This document shows, piece after piece, positions 25,887 to 40,289 of a DNA stretch of 64,000 bases. The notes under the pieces are model-generated. The model was not told where the DNA came from, made no database searches, and saw only the letters and a program-made list of their open reading frames with translations. Numbering within the stretch: the stretch's first letter is position 1; each line of letters starts with the position of its first letter. This DNA comes from Somniosus microcephalus (taxonomy: Eukaryota). The position numbers were made by a program, and so were the translations under genes. Where the stretch lies: assembly GCA_052327205.1 (NCBI GenBank), contig CM126235.1, positions 7,316,001 to 7,380,000 of the forward strand. The letters are read 5' to 3'.

Positions 25887-27849
25887 GTCCCGAGTTAAAC
25901 AGACTAGAAGGTCCCAGGTTTCATCCCCAAGTCTGTACAGAGTTGGCCGATTTCAGCAGGTGCAGCAGTCGTGATGCTACAACTTGCCTCAGTGTTTGAG
26001 CTTTTCTTTGGCGGGGGGGGGGGGGGGGGGGGGGCGGTGGGGGAGAGGAGTAGTTGGGGCTCTCAGATTTCTGTGTGGATATCAAGTGAGGATATATTTC
26101 TTAAGGCTAAAGGGATCTAGGGGTATGGGGAGAAAGCAGGGACTGGGTACTGAAATTGGATGCTCAGCCAGGATCGCATTGAATGGCGGAGCAGGCTCGA
26201 GGGGCCGAATGGCCTACTCCTGCTCCTATCTTCTATGTTTCTATGGGACAGCGATGCCCTCAGTTAAATGGCCTTCAGGCTCATGTATGAAGCACTGCCA
26301 CTCGAGGGAGCGGCCAGAGGACTGCGAGTGACCCTGATCTGTACTCTTGCCAGAGTCAGTGCCCTGGGGGAGGAGGAAGTCAGTCATTTTGCTAATCAGA
26401 TACAGAATATTTATACACTGAATACAGCATACGTGGGCAACTGGCTCCAAATAGCCTTGTGTGCATTCCTGAGCTTCATCGCTCCATCGGCGCTATATAA
26501 ATGTGCATCTTTGTTTCTTTGTTAATGCTTGCAGTACCCATGCTATGGTGGAAACTTTTCTATCTTGGATTTCATGCTACATCAAATCCTTAGTGACCTC
26601 CTAATTTTTCATCCCCTTGCATACCAATTTTTTTAACCATATTTAAACCTGAAGTTTTAGTGCTCTTCTAGAAAAAATTTCCTCCGTTTAAACTTCCAAG
26701 TAGATTTGAACAACAACTTGTATTTACACAGCGCCTTTAATGCAGTAAAACATCCCAAGGTGCGTGACAGGAGCGATTGTCAGACAAAATTTGACACCGA
26801 GCCACATAAGGAGATATTAGGCCAGGTGACCAAAAACTTGGTCGAAGAGGTCGGTTTTAAAGAGCAGGTTAAAGGAGGAGAGGTAGAGAGATTTAGGGAG
26901 CGAATTCCAGAGTGCAGGACCTAGACAATGATGGGGCAAAAGAAATCAGGGAATGCACAAGAGTCCAGAATTTGAGGAACGCAGAGTTTTCACAAAGCTG
27001 GAGGAGGGTAGAGAGATAGGGAAGAGGGGGACGAGGCCATGGAGGGATGTGAACACAAGAATGAGAATTTTAAGTTCGAGGCGTTGCTAGAACGGCAGCG
27101 AATGCAAGTCAGCGAGCAAAAAATGTTAGAGCTCATCACTTTTGTCTTGCTAATTTTCTCCTTTCCTCTTCTCCTGAAGGCACTAACTCATGCTGCAGTC
27201 TGGCTCTATTGACACTCCTCGGCCCAAGCCAAATGGCTCTCAATCAAGCAGCAGCTTAGACAGTGTGTGCTGGCAAGCTCTTCAATCATGAAGGGTATCA
27301 CGGCCGAGCCCGATCTTGTTCTCGCTGGACACACATTTTCCATCTGCGGTCGCTGGCCGCAAATCAGGACAGGAAACGGGGGCCAACTGTCCCCCTTTCC
27401 TAAACCAGGCACGCCGAGACCACATGCAAGCGCAACCCCCCCCCCCCCCAACCCACCACCCCACCCCACCCACCACCCCACCCCACCCCCCACCCCACCC
27501 CCCCACCACTGGCTGAAATCAGCTAACTCATGACGAGCCTCAACACTTCCGATAAATATCCTGGCCAAAGTCTCCTACTATTCAGACACTTGGCATTTTC
27601 CCAAATGTGTGGTCTGTGGATCACTGCAACGATAATTAACGTAACAGGGCAGCCATGACTTGTACTGTTATGACGTAATACAGTTGGAGAATATATGAAT
27701 ACATATTCCCAGAAAAGCTGGTTATTTCCTCCAGCTAAAGAATGCCTTAGCCAACAGCAGTCTTCAGTTCCCATTTTCTAAGTTAACAGCAGAGGATTTG
27801 CTAAATGCAAGGGTTTGCGCAATGCAAATCTGGTTGTACGTTTAAATGA

Positions 27850-29590
27850 CTAAATTAAAGCCCATGGGATTAAAGGGGCAGTGGCAGCGTGGATATGAAA
27901 TTGGCTAAGGGACAGAAAACAGAGTAGTGGTGAACGGTTGTTTTCCAGACAAGAGGGAAGTATACAGTGGTGTTCCCCTGTTGTCGGTATTAGGACCACT
28001 GCTCTTTGATGTTTATGGTATGTTGGCCTTCATTGCAAGAGGATTTGAGTACAGGAGCAAGGATGTCTTACTAGTTATACAGGGCCTGGGTGAGACCACA
28101 CCTGGAGTACTGTGTGCAGTTTTGGTCTCCTTACCTAAGAAAGGATATACTTGCCATAGAAGGAGTGCAGCAAAGGCTCACCAGGCTGATGCCTGGGATG
28201 GCAGGACTGTTGTATGAGGAGAGATTGGGTCGACTAGGCCTGTGTTCACTAGAGTTTAGAAGAATGAGAGGGGATCTCATTGAAACGTATAAAATTCTGA
28301 CAGGGCTAGACAGACTAGATGCAGGGAGGATGTTTCCCCTGGCTGGGGGGTCTAGAACGAGGGGTCACAGTCTCAGGACACGGGGTAGAACATTTAGGAC
28401 TGAGATGAGGAGAAATTTCTTCACTCAGAGGGTGGCGAACTTGTAGAATTCTCTACCACAGAAGGCTGTGGAGGCCAAGTCACTGAATATATTTAAGAAG
28501 GACAGATAGATTTCTAGACGCAAAAGGCGTCAAGGGGTATGGGGAGAGAGCGGGAATATGGTATTGGGATAGAGGATCAGCCATGATCATATTGAATGGC
28601 GGAGCAGGCTCGAAGGGCCGAATGGCCTACTCCTGCTCCTATTTTTCTATGTTTCTATATTAATGACTTGGATTTAGGTATACAGGGCATAATTTCAAAG
28701 TTTGTAGATGACATGAAACTCGGAAATATAGTAAACGATAAGGAGGATAGGAACAGGCTTCAGGAGGACATAGACAGACTGGTGAAATAGGCAGACACAT
28801 GGCAGATGAAAGTTAACGCAGTGTGAAGCGATACATTTTATTAGGAAGAATCAGGAGAGACAATATAAACTAAATGGCACAATTTTAAAGGGGGTGTAGG
28901 AACAGAGACCTGGAGAGAGCGGGGGTGTATGTAAAAAAAAATCTTGGAAGGTGGCAGGACAAGTTGAGAAGGCTGTCAAAAAAGCATACAGGATCCTTGG
29001 CTTTATTAATAGAGGCAGAGAGCACAAAAAGTTATGCTAAACTTTTATAAAACACTTGGTTAGGCCTCAGCTGGAGTATGGTGTTCAATTTTGGGCACCA
29101 GACTTTAGGAAGGATGCAGAAGGGATTTACTAGAATGGTACCAGGGATGAGGGACTTCAGTTATGTGGATCAACTGGAGAAGCTGGATCGACTTAGAACA
29201 GAGAAAGTTAAGCGGAGATTTGATAGAGGTGTTCAAAATCATGAATGGGTTTGATAGAGTAAATAAGGGGAAACTGTTTCCAATGGCAGACGGGTCGGTA
29301 ACCAGAGGACACAGATTTAAGGTGATTGGCAAAAGAACAAGAGGGGACATGAGGAAACATTTTTTTACGCAGCGAGTTGTTGTGATCTGGAATGCGCTGC
29401 CTGAAAGGGCGGTGGAAGCAGATTCAATAGTAACATTCAGAAGGGAATTGGAAAAATACTTGAAGGGGAAAAAATTTGCAGGGCTATGGGGAAAGAGCAG
29501 GGGGGAGTGGGACTAATTGGAGAGCTCTTTCAAAGAGCCGGCACAGGCACGATGGGCTGAATGGCCTCCTTCTGTGCTGTATCATCCTAT
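27850..29590 (+). mobile_element. Older CR1 RT fragment with a younger CR1 nested at about 28015-28657
   Basis: SGVP..SVLGPLLF is interrupted and resumes as YINDLDLGIQGIISKFVDD after the nested copy's tail. Confidence 0.85.
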
Positions 29591-29689
29591 GACGTCTGGA
29601 AAGCCCAAACCCAGAATCGGGTGCTCAGCCGAGCGCGCAGGCTGACCACGGTGAGGCAAAGAATGCCGGTTGCTGTAGTCTTTGTGCAA

Positions 29690-30338
29690 ATCAGCATTAC
29701 CATCGCCAAATCCCCCACCATCAACATCCTGGGGTTCACCATTGACCAGGAACTTAACTGGACCAGCCACATAAATACTGTGGCAACAAGAGCGGGTCAG
29801 AGGCTGGGAATTCTACAGCGAGTGTCTCACCTCCTGACTCCCCAAAGCCTTTCCACCATCTACAAGGCACAAGTCAGGAGTGTGATGGAATACTCTCCAC
29901 TTGCCTGGATGAGTGCAGCTCCAACAACACTCAAGAAGCTCGACACCATCCAGGACAAAGCAGCCCGCTTGATTGGCACCCCATCCACCACCTTAAACAT
30001 CCACTCCCTCCACCACTGGCGCACCGTGGCTGCAGTGTGTACCATCTACAAGATGCACTGAAGCAACTCGCCAAGGCTTCTTCGGCAGCACCTCCCAAAC
30101 CAGCGACCTCTTCCACCTAGAAGGACAAGGGCAGCAGGCACATGGGAACACCACCAGCTCCAAGTCACACACCATTCTGAATTAGAAGTATATTGCCGAT
30201 CCTTCATCGTCGCTGGGTCAAAATCCTGGAAGTCCCTCCCTAACAGCACTGTGGGAGCACCTTCACCACACGGACTGCAGCGGTGGCCTCGCCAGCGACG
30301 CCCAGATCCCGTAAGCGAATAAAATAAAAATAAATAAA
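29690..30338 (+). mobile_element. CR1-group LINE, second family, fragment
   Basis: Near-identical to 42635-43330. Confidence 0.85.
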
Positions 30339-30843
30339 ATTGTCCAGGGTAGGAAATGAACCACTTCAAAATCCGGGCAGATCTACAACAGCTCCGAGAG
30401 AAATGCCGACTGCAGACACTGGGTGCCTAAAATGTGAAATCTTTTCCATTCCTTGGCTCTGACATTTGAGTAATTCTCAAAGAAATTTTTCAGATCACAG
30501 AAAACAAGAGGGGGGGGGGGGGCGGCGACAACCTGTGCTGCGCCAGTCGGGAGAAAGGACTTTTATTCATGGAGCATCTTATGGGACTTCCCAAAGGTGC
30601 CTCACACCCAAGGAATTAGTTTCCAGGTGTAGTCACTATTGTTACGTAGGTAAATGCTGCAGCCATATTGTGCACAGCAAGATCCCGCAAACAGCAAATT
30701 AGATGAGCAGGAAGAGAGGAGGGTAATGGGATTAGTTTGGGTTGCTCCAGCAACGAGCCGGCATAGACATCATGGACTGAACGGCCTCCTTCTGCGCTGT
30801 AAACCTCTACAGTGTGGTACAATTCCTACAAATGGTCACTTAC

Positions 30844-31004
30844 AGCGTCAGACAGGACCTCGCTCTTCGCTGGAAGGATGTGAGCAATGCGAACGTGCGG
30901 CACCAGGTCGGAAACGATCTCGCGGAGCTGCGCGGAGTCCAAATCCCGCTTCTTCACCCCGCGTTTGTTGACGCTGTGGGCCGTCCCATTCAGCAAATTG
31001 GGCT
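30844..31004 (-). CDS. btbd7: BTBD7-like exon (161 nt)
   Basis: EPNLLNGTAHSVNKRGVKKRDLDSAQLREIVSDLVPHVRIAHILPAKSEVLSDA; ccacAG acceptor, GTAAGT donor. Confidence 0.95.
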
Positions 31005-32611
31005 CTGTGGCACGCAAGAGAGGAAAACAAAGCTTTTAGTTACGACACAGATTTTAATATGCCTTTGTAGTGAGTCTTTGCGCACCGAGCAAGCCTTGTC
31101 CAGCCAAGAGGGCAACTGAAGCCCTGCTGTTGGGCCTCGGCTGAGGCTGCTATACAAGGAGGTGTGCAAGCAGCACCGAGTGACCCATTCGAAGATTGTC
31201 TCTTCCCCTTTGGCATGCCTGGCTCGCACTTGGCATCGCTTTACAATCAAGCCTATCGTTGGGGAGGGTGGGGGCCAGAGTGACACAAACCCTAGACAGC
31301 GTGGATAGGCAGGGCCTATTTCCCTTAGCAGAGAGGTCAATAACAAGGGGGCATAGATTTAAAGTAATTGGTAGAAGGAAGGATTAGAGGGGAGTCAAGG
31401 AGAACATTTTTCACCCAGAGGGCGGTGGGGGTCTGGAACTCACTGCCTGAAAGGGTGGTAGAGGCAGAAACCCTCACTGCATTTAAAAAAGTACTTGGAT
31501 ATGCACTTGCAGTGCAGTAACCTACAAGGCTACGGACCAAGAGCTAGAAAGTGAGATTAGGCTGGATAGCTCTTTTCGGCCGGCAGTCTCGATGGGCCGA
31601 ATGGCCTCCTCCTGCGCCGCAAGTTTTAATGATTCTACGATAAACCCACATCCCCATCACTCCAATGGAACAATGCACTGAATTTCTAGGCTTTGAAGAT
31701 TTGTTGGGATGGAGGGGACAGCATTTAAGCAAACCAGGGAAACAAACCGCAGAAAGTCAGCGGGTGCATTAACACTCCCAACTATAGTCGAGTCAGATTA
31801 TAGATCCCATTGCACTGGGAACTCCCAGCAACTGGGGGTTTCCAAACCTGAACTGCAGATCGTTTACCACGATGTAAATGCGATCTGAAGCAGTTTAGGC
31901 TCCAAGCTCTTCTTTCCTTTTGCACGCAACAGTGTAATGCAATGGTGCAATCAGCTGGTTGAGTTTCACAATGGGGAAGTTCATGGGCATTGGCGGAACC
32001 AATCTGAAATCAACTCTCCATACCCGCAGCAACCTTGACTCGCTCACTGCTCTGTGCACGCAGTGTAACTGCACCACGGAGTGGAGAAACTACCCAACGG
32101 GGTCAATTTCAGGAGGCCGCACTCCATCCAGAGTACGATTCTCGTGTTGAGCACAATCAGTCCTCCATTTGGTTTCTGCGCTCAACCATCACGCGCTAAA
32201 TACACGCACAGCTTCTGTCCATGAACAGTTCGAGGGGGTCGGGAAGTCCGGGGGGGGGGGGGGGGGGGGGCGGTTTCGGTTCAAGGTCCTCAATTCAATC
32301 TCGATGACTCTGCATGGTTTTCCAGTAGAGTTAAGCGGCTCCAGAACAGTGCAATGTTGCACCACCACCCCCGCGACTTTCTATTCCCTTGACAGAAGAT
32401 CGACCATAAGAATGAGGAAGGCCATTCAGCCCATCTAAATTCATCCACCCAGAAAGATACTAAAGTTGCATCCAATTGGTTCTTCACGGCTCCAGGCAGA
32501 ATTTCCTGATATTCGCCCTTAAGGAGTTCAAACCTGTGGCCTTTTGTCCTGCACATCCAATTTAAAGTAATATTCCTTTACATAATTAATTAAAGTTGTC
32601 TGCGGATTCAT

Positions 32612-32692
32612 ATGTAAGAAGTCACACAACACCAGGTTATAGTCCAAGAGTTTTATTTGAACTATAACCTGGTGTTGTGTGACTTCTTACAT
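32612..32692. repeat. Perfect 32-bp inverted repeat with a 17-nt loop
   Basis: ATGTAAGAAGTCACACAACACCAGGTTATAGT (32612-32643) and its exact reverse complement (32661-32692). Confidence 0.9.
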
Positions 32693-35019
32693 TTGTCCAG
32701 CACCGGCATCTCCACACCATGGCTGATTCATAGTCAGTGGGCGGAAAATTCAATCCCTGATTAACGACCAGAGTCACGGACTTTCAGTTTTCTTGGGGGA
32801 GGGGTAAACTAGAATGAGCGCCTCAAAACACTGGTACAAAAGAGAGTGGTGAGAACGTGGAACTCGCTACCACAGGGAGTGGCGAACAGGACAGATGCAT
32901 TTAAGGGGAAGCTAGATGAACATACGAGGGAGAAAGGAATAGAGGGTTACGCTGTTAAGAGTTAGGCAAGGACGGGAGGAGGCTTGAGTGGAGCATAAAC
33001 GCCAGCATGGACCTGTTGGGCCAAAAGGCCAGTTTCTGTGCTGTAAATTCTAGGTAAAAAAAATTCTAGAATCCAATGTAATAAGAATGGAATCAGTGAT
33101 CGTAAACCGGTGATCCTGGCTACGCTGTTTATTGAAGTGCAGATCTGGAGATCCACTTACACTGCAGTTTGCTCTAATTAAACCTACGATAAGTAAATTC
33201 TACAATCCAAATCCAGAGCAGACAGTAAAATCAAAATGGGAGGTCTCTGCGGCCAAGGGCTTTTTGCAACACTTGTGTGTGTGTATATATGAAAAGGCGT
33301 GATAAATAATAATAAAAATAAATTCACATATATAAGCAAGCTCAGTATGTGCCCCTAAGCGTTAATTCAGATGTCGGCACTCCACAAATCAAAGCAATTA
33401 TGATCACAGTGGGACAAGCGCCAGCAAGCAATGAATCTGGCTCCAAACTAGTCGACACATGCAATCATCCAGACTCAACTATTACTGGTCTTTAAGCAGC
33501 CGCCCACACCCATAATTATTGCACTACTTCAAACAAGCCTTCGATGTGAAGAGGGAGAGAGGGAAAAAAAAAAAAAACTTTGCATCAGCCCATATTCAAC
33601 ACTGTAAAAAAAGGTCACACGCACACAAGTCACTTTATGTTCAAGGTTGCCAATTTACAAGTGCGGGAGGTGGTCAGGAAGCACAGGATAAGGCGCTGTA
33701 TGAAGCAGTGAATTTCCCTTCCCTTCCTGAAGATGTGGCGTCAAGCTGAGCCGCTGTTGTGTGGGCTGCCCGGTGATACCTCACCCCTAAGTGGCTACAC
33801 TTCATGTGTGAACTAGACACTGAATTCAAGCATAGGACAAACACAACAACTTGCATTTATACAGTGCCCATAATATGAGCAAACATCCCAAGCCGCTTCA
33901 CAGGAGCGTAATCAGCCAAAAAATTGACAGCGAGCCACGTAAGGAGATATTGGGGCCGGTGATTAAAAGCTTGGTCGAAAAGGTAGGTTTTAAGGAGTGT
34001 CTTAAAGGAGGCGGAGAAGTTTAGGGAGGGAATTTCAGAGCTTAGGGCCTAGACGACTGAAGGCATGGCCGCCAATGGTGGGGGCAAAGGAAGTGGGGAA
34101 TGACTGGTGTCTCAAAGCATGTATGGTCTCCTCCCCCCTCCAAAAAAGCTCCGCAGATTTATCTAGTAAGCGGCTAAGCTATATAAACTAGGACTGCTCC
34201 CAGCTTCAATTCCCAGTGTAGAGATCACATTCAGACAGGGATACTACAATAGCCCTTAGCCTCGCTGGGTTATGGGCAAATATTTTAGTAAAATAAAAAG
34301 ATGCCAGATTGATTGCTAAATAGCCACCCCCCTGCACACACGGTGAAAACAGGATCGAGTTCTGGCTACAGTATCAGCACGGAGGAACCGTCCACCGACA
34401 CTCGCTGTCGAGCCGCGCACAATGAACGGGAGGGGGGGGGGGCGGTCACTCAGGTAAGGCAGGGAGCCCGGTGACTTGTGGAATTATACCCCAGGAAGCA
34501 GTCAATGGGCAGAAAATTACGGGCTGGCAAATGGGAGAAGCAGAAAACCCTGGCCATTGTGGTCACGGAAGGTGGGGCCCAAATTTGCGAGGGGTGCGGC
34601 GGGGGGAAAGAAAAGAGAAACACACGCTAAAATAGTGGAGCAAAATAAAAGTACCATCTTAGTGCTCTGGCTGAAATATGAAACTTTCAGATAGGGGAAT
34701 TGGGGCTGGAAGAGATTAGTTTCATGCCGAGCTATAGAAGTGTCTCAAAGCTGGTAGTTTTGGGAGGTTCCACGCCACATTTTCACAGCCAAGCTGTACC
34801 GAAACATTACGTTACCGCAAACGGCAGCAATGACGAGATTATGATGTACAGGCAGTAGCTCAAACTATTAAGACGATGATTAGGCCACAGCAGAGACCAT
34901 CACCAGACAGTAAAAAGCAGCAGGACCCTAACTAGGTCAGAACACGGGAACTGGCAGGCGCCCCGGGACTGCAGGTCAGCGAGTCTCTGCTGCACTCGAT
35001 ACACCTGCGCATAACTCAC

Positions 35020-35095
35020 CTTCATCCGACAGACGCTTTGCCAGCTGGTGTTCAGCCCATTTAATCACAGCCTTCAGGATATCGTGTTCACTTGC
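35020..35095 (-). CDS. btbd7: BTBD7-like exon (76 nt)
   Basis: ASEHDILKAVIKWAEHQLAKRLSDE; tgcAG acceptor and G|GTGAGT donor; phase 0 to 1. Confidence 0.92.
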
Positions 35096-38000
35096 CTGCA
35101 AAGGGGGGTGGGGGAAAGAGAGGCACCACGTCAGCATCAATATCACACAGTTTTTTCTCCACTGCTACATTTTTTCCACCCTCCTCTCCTGAAGGTGCCG
35201 ACTCTCGCTGGGGTCAAAAACATTAATCATGCCGGATTTTGGTGCCCTCATATTCATAGCCAGCCAGGAAATAGTCATCTGTTGTCCTCTAGTACCACAC
35301 CCAAACTTCACATGCCCCCAGATAGCAACGGCCAACAGGCCACGAGAACGGACATAACCAAACCCAATCTGGTCTTACCCCCTACCCCAAACGGATTATA
35401 ATCAGTGGCAGAGGCTGGAACCGATTCCCTTCCTTAGTCCAGTGTTGCTCAGGCCAGTCATGGTGTCACTAGACACCTTTACTCTGGGAGGATTGGAATA
35501 TAAGGGGGTAGAAGCTATGCTGCAGTTGTACAAAGCCCTGGTTAGACCCCACCTGGAGTACGGTGTTCAGTTCTGGGCACCACACCTTAGGAAACATATA
35601 TTGGCATTGGGAGGGAGTGCAGCGTAAGTTTACTGGAACAATACCTGGACTTCAGGGGATAAATTACAAGGAGAGATTACACAAACTAGGAATTTCGATT
35701 AAGGGATGACTTGATCAAAGTATTCAAGGTATTGAGGGGAACGATAGGGTAGATAAAAACTATTTCTGCTAGTTGAGGAATCTAGGACTAGGGGACATAG
35801 CCTAAAAATTAGCCAGGCCTTCCAGGAGTGAAGTTAGGAAACACTTCTACACGTGAAGGGTGGTAGAAGTTTGGAACTCTCTTCCGCAAACAGCAGTTGA
35901 TGCTGGGTCCATTGTTCATTTTAAATCCGAGATTGATAGATTTCTGTTAACTAAAAAGGTATTACGGGGATATGGAGCAAAGGCGGGTAGATGGAGTTAG
36001 GTCACAGATCAGCCATGATCTCACTGAACGGTGGAACAGGCTCGAGGGGCTGAATGGCCTCCTCTTGCGCGGTATCATTCAAAGTTTCTATAATTTCACA
36101 CCGATCAAGTCATTCAGTTCGGGATATTACAATTACCCTCAGCCGCGATGGGTTATGGAGGAGTTTTCTTTTAATAATTAAAAAAATGGTCGAATTCCCA
36201 CATCTGATTGCTGGCCCCGCGACCCCTGCACACACATAGATGTCTGGTGAAAATAGGATAGAGATTGTGTTGTGCCGGAGGCTGTAAATAGAAAGCATAT
36301 CCCACAGGCTCCTGGTTCTGTATGGCTTAGTACAAAAACATTTGAATCTGTCTCAGACAGCTAGAATTAAAACATACCCAACTAATGATATAGTTCCATC
36401 GATACAGCGCTTTATTAAAAAAAATTTATATTATAGAAATATTATAGTGTTTTACTCTCGAGCACCCTTTTGCTCAGAGTAAGGACACCGCGGAGGTAAA
36501 TAGGCATGATTAGAGGGACAGGCTCAAAACACTTCAAAGAGAGGGGTTTTTTGAAGGAGGGGAGAAGGAGATAGCATGACAAACTGATCAAAAAATGCAC
36601 AGCCCTCCTGATACATTCCTTACAAGCCTAGACAAGCCTTCTTCCAATAACCACCCCACCCCCCAACATACACCAAAAAAACCACAAGAAAAGACATTCT
36701 CACTTCAAAATTTTTTTGTTGAGTGCAGTTACTGCTCAACGTCGAATCTTGAAAAGGTAAAAAAAAAGGAAACTGACTCCACAACACCTAAAAGCACACA
36801 ACAGCTGCAGCAACTCGCCAAGGTTTCTTCGGCAGCACCTCCCAAACCCGCGACCTCTTCCACCTAGAAGGACAAGGGCAGCAGGCGCATGGGAACACCG
36901 CCACCTCCAAGTTCCGCCCCTCCAAGTCACACACCATCCTGACTTGGAAATATATCGCCGATCCTTCATCGTCGCTGGGTCAAAATCCTGGAACTCCCTC
37001 CCTAACAGCACTGTGGGAGCACCTTCACCACACGGACTGCAGCGGTTCAAGGCGGCGGCTCACCACCACCTTCTCAAGGGGCAACTAGGGATGGGCAATA
37101 AATGCCGGTCTCGCCCAAATCCAGTGAATGAATTTTTTTTTTTTTTTTTTAAATCTCGTTTAATGTCAGTACTTTTGACTTCCGAAAGCTCAGGGCCTCA
37201 CTTAGCCAGTGGCAAAACCAAAGCAGATTCACTAGTGCCCAAAGCCAGGGAGAATGCTGAATATTCCGGCATGCCACAGAGACTCCGGCAAGTTTACTTT
37301 GGTATTGCCGGCAGCTTCGCGGGACCAGTGCGCTGGCGGGTGCGGCACTGGCGCAATATCAAAAGCAGCTGATGTCAATGCACATAGTGGAGTGGAGTGG
37401 AACAGAGTGAGCCACTTTTAAAACACAGACTTCAGGTGATCGGAAAGAATGGGCCCCAGTTTAGAAGATACTGGCTTCTGCCAACCAATACTTCAGCTTT
37501 TGCACCGTAGCATTTAAATACGCACCGGTGGCAAAAACAGGAAGGTAGATTATTATCTGAGCGGCAATAGATTGGGAGAAGGGGAAGTGCAACGAGACCT
37601 GGGTGTCCTTGTGCACCAGTCGCTGAAGGTAAACATGCAGGTGCAGCAGGCGGTTAAGAAGGCAAATGGTATGTTGGCCTTCGTAGCGAGAGGGTTCGAG
37701 TACAGGAACAAGGATGTCTTGCTGCAGTTGTACAGGGCCTTGGTGAGACCACAGCTTGAGTATTGTGTGCAGTTTTGGTCGCCTTATCTGAGGAAGGATG
37801 TTCTTGCCATGGAAGGAGTGCAGCGAAGATTCACCAGGCTGATACCTGGGATGGCAGGAATGACGTATGAAGAGAGATTGGGTCGATTGGGCTTGTATTT
37901 GCTAGAGTTTAGAAGAATGAGGATTTCTCATTGAAACTTATAAAATTCTAACAGGACTAGACAGACTAGATGCAGGAAGGATGTTCCCAATGGCGGGGGA

Positions 38001-38448
38001 GTCCAGAACCAGGGGTCACAGTCTAAGGATAAGGGGTAAGCCATTTAGGACTGAGATGAGGAGGAATTTCTTCACCCAGAGAGTGGTGAACCTGTGGAAT
38101 TCTCTACCACACAAGGCAGTGGAGGCCAATTCATTAAATATATTCAAGAAGGAGTTAGATATATTTCTTAAGGCTAAAGGGATATGGGGAGAAAGCAGGG
38201 ACAGGGTACCGAGTTTGGATGATCAGCCATGATCTCATTAAATGGCGGAACAGGCTTGAGGGGCCGAATGGCCTACTCCTGCTCCTACCTTCTACGTTTC
38301 TATGTTTTGTTGCACAACAGTTCATGCAGATCTATTTGTTCATTAAATAAAAGTATTAAAACTGGATAAAACTAAGTCAACTAGACTAGGCTCAAATATC
38401 ATTACTATATACGTTACAGCTATTCGTGGAAAATACAGATATGATAAG

Positions 38449-38609
38449 CAATGTTCCCTTTAAGCTGCGTGACCGCGCGGCGCTCTGTAGCTCTCGCTCA
38501 GCCAGTGAGGCGGCTTTTAAGTAGAAAAACCGCGCATGCGCGGAATTTTCAATGGCCCCCCAGCCCGTTAATTGGGCCGCGCAACCCAAAAGAATTAAAG
38601 GGAACATTG
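38449..38609. mobile_element. hAT-type MITE copy
   Basis: Perfect 14-bp TIR CAATGTTCCCTTTA / TAAAGGGAACATTG; TSD ATGATAAG / ATCATAAG. Confidence 0.85.
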
Positions 38610-38935
38610 ATCATAAGCCTCCAATAATAATACTGTAACATTGTTAAACTAAGCTGGATTGGTTAGCGCATTCTGATTCGTGTATATGCTTTGTTGGAAG
38701 AAGTCAGTGCTGAATACAATTAACTATTCGAGACAATACCCGTTAAACACAACATTCAGTTCCAATGAAGGGATCTATCCGAAATGTTCACTTTCAGATG
38801 CTGGCTGAATTGCAGTTCAGTTCCAGCACTTTTGGTTCACATTTAAAATGCAGTTATTCTGACAGGGAGCAGAAGAAAATGTACTTGTCCGCACAGCCGT
38901 CTTTAAAAGCTTCATGCACACAGCCCCAGTTACTG

Positions 38936-39376
38936 GTCAGCCGTGGCTCAGTGGGTAGCACTCTCTCTCTCTCTCTCTCGCGCACCTCAGTCAGAAGGTC
39001 GTGGGTTCAAGTCCCACTCCAGAGACACGAGCGCAAAATCCAGGCCGACACTCCCAGTGCAGTACCGAGGGAGTGCCGCACTGTCGGAGGTGCAGTCTTT
39101 CAGAGGAGAGGTTGAACCGACTCCCTGTCTGTCGTCCTCAGGTGGACTATGCAGAATGCAGGGGAGCTTTCCTGGCCAATATTTATTCCTCAACCAACAC
39201 CTAAAAACAGATTAGCTGGTCATTTATCTCATTTCTGTTTGTGGGAGCTTGCGGTGCGCAAATTGGCTGCTGCATTCCCTACGTTACAACAGTGACTACA
39301 CTTCAAAAAGTACTTCATTGGCTGTAAAGCGCTTTGGGACGAACTGAGGTCGTGAAAGGCGCTATAGAAATGCAAG
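38936..39376 (+). mobile_element. Deu-SINE
   Basis: Same head, domain and tail; partial copies also at about 3110-3415 (-), 11633-11760 (+), 19965-20133 (+) and 40990-41265 (-). Confidence 0.82.
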
Positions 39377-40289
39377 AAACATACAAGATTCTGAGGGGGT
39401 TGAACAGGGTAGATGCTGAGAGGATGTTTCCCCTCGTGGGGGAATCTAGAACGAGGGGGCATAGTCTCAGAATAAGAGGGCGCCCATTTAAGACGGAGAT
39501 GAGGAGGAATTTCTTCTTTCAGAGGGTCGTGAATCTTTGGAATTCTCTACCCCAGAGAGCTGTGGAGGCGGAGTCAGTGAACATATTCAAGGCGGAGATA
39601 GGCAGATTTTTGAGCAACAGGGGAGTCAAGAGTCGCCTTATCTGAGGAAGGATGTTCTTGCCATGGAGGGAGTGCAGCGAAGATTCACCAGACTGATACC
39701 TGGGATGGCAGGAATGACGTATGAAGAGAGATTGGGTCGAATGGGCTTATACTCGCTGGAGTTTAGAAGAATGAGAGGGGATCTCATTGAAACTTATAAA
39801 ATTCTAACAGGACTAGACAGACTAGATGCAGGAAGGATGTTCCCAATGGTCGGGGAGTCCAGAATCAGGGGTCACAGTCTAAGGATAAGGGGTAAGCCAT
39901 TTAGGACAGAGATGAGGAGGAATTTCTTCACCCAGAGAGTGGTGAACCTGTGGAATTCTCTACCACAGAAGGCAGTTCAAGAAGGAGTTAGATATATTTC
40001 TTAAGGCTAAGGGGATCAAGGGATATGGGGAGAAAGCAGGGACAGGGTACTGAATTTGGATGATCAGCCATGATCTCATTAAATGGCGGAGCAGGCTTGA
40101 GGGGCCGAATGGCCTACTCCTGCTCCTATCTTCTATGTTATGTTTTTTGTTCAGAGGCCTAAAGCGAGGACTGGAATCAGAGCCCTGCAAATTGTTTTCC
40201 TTTCTTTAAGATTAAAAGTGACAATGCCATTAAAAAAAAGACAAATGCAACTTTTGGGTGCACAGGGTGATTCCAGGTACCAGGCAGAC

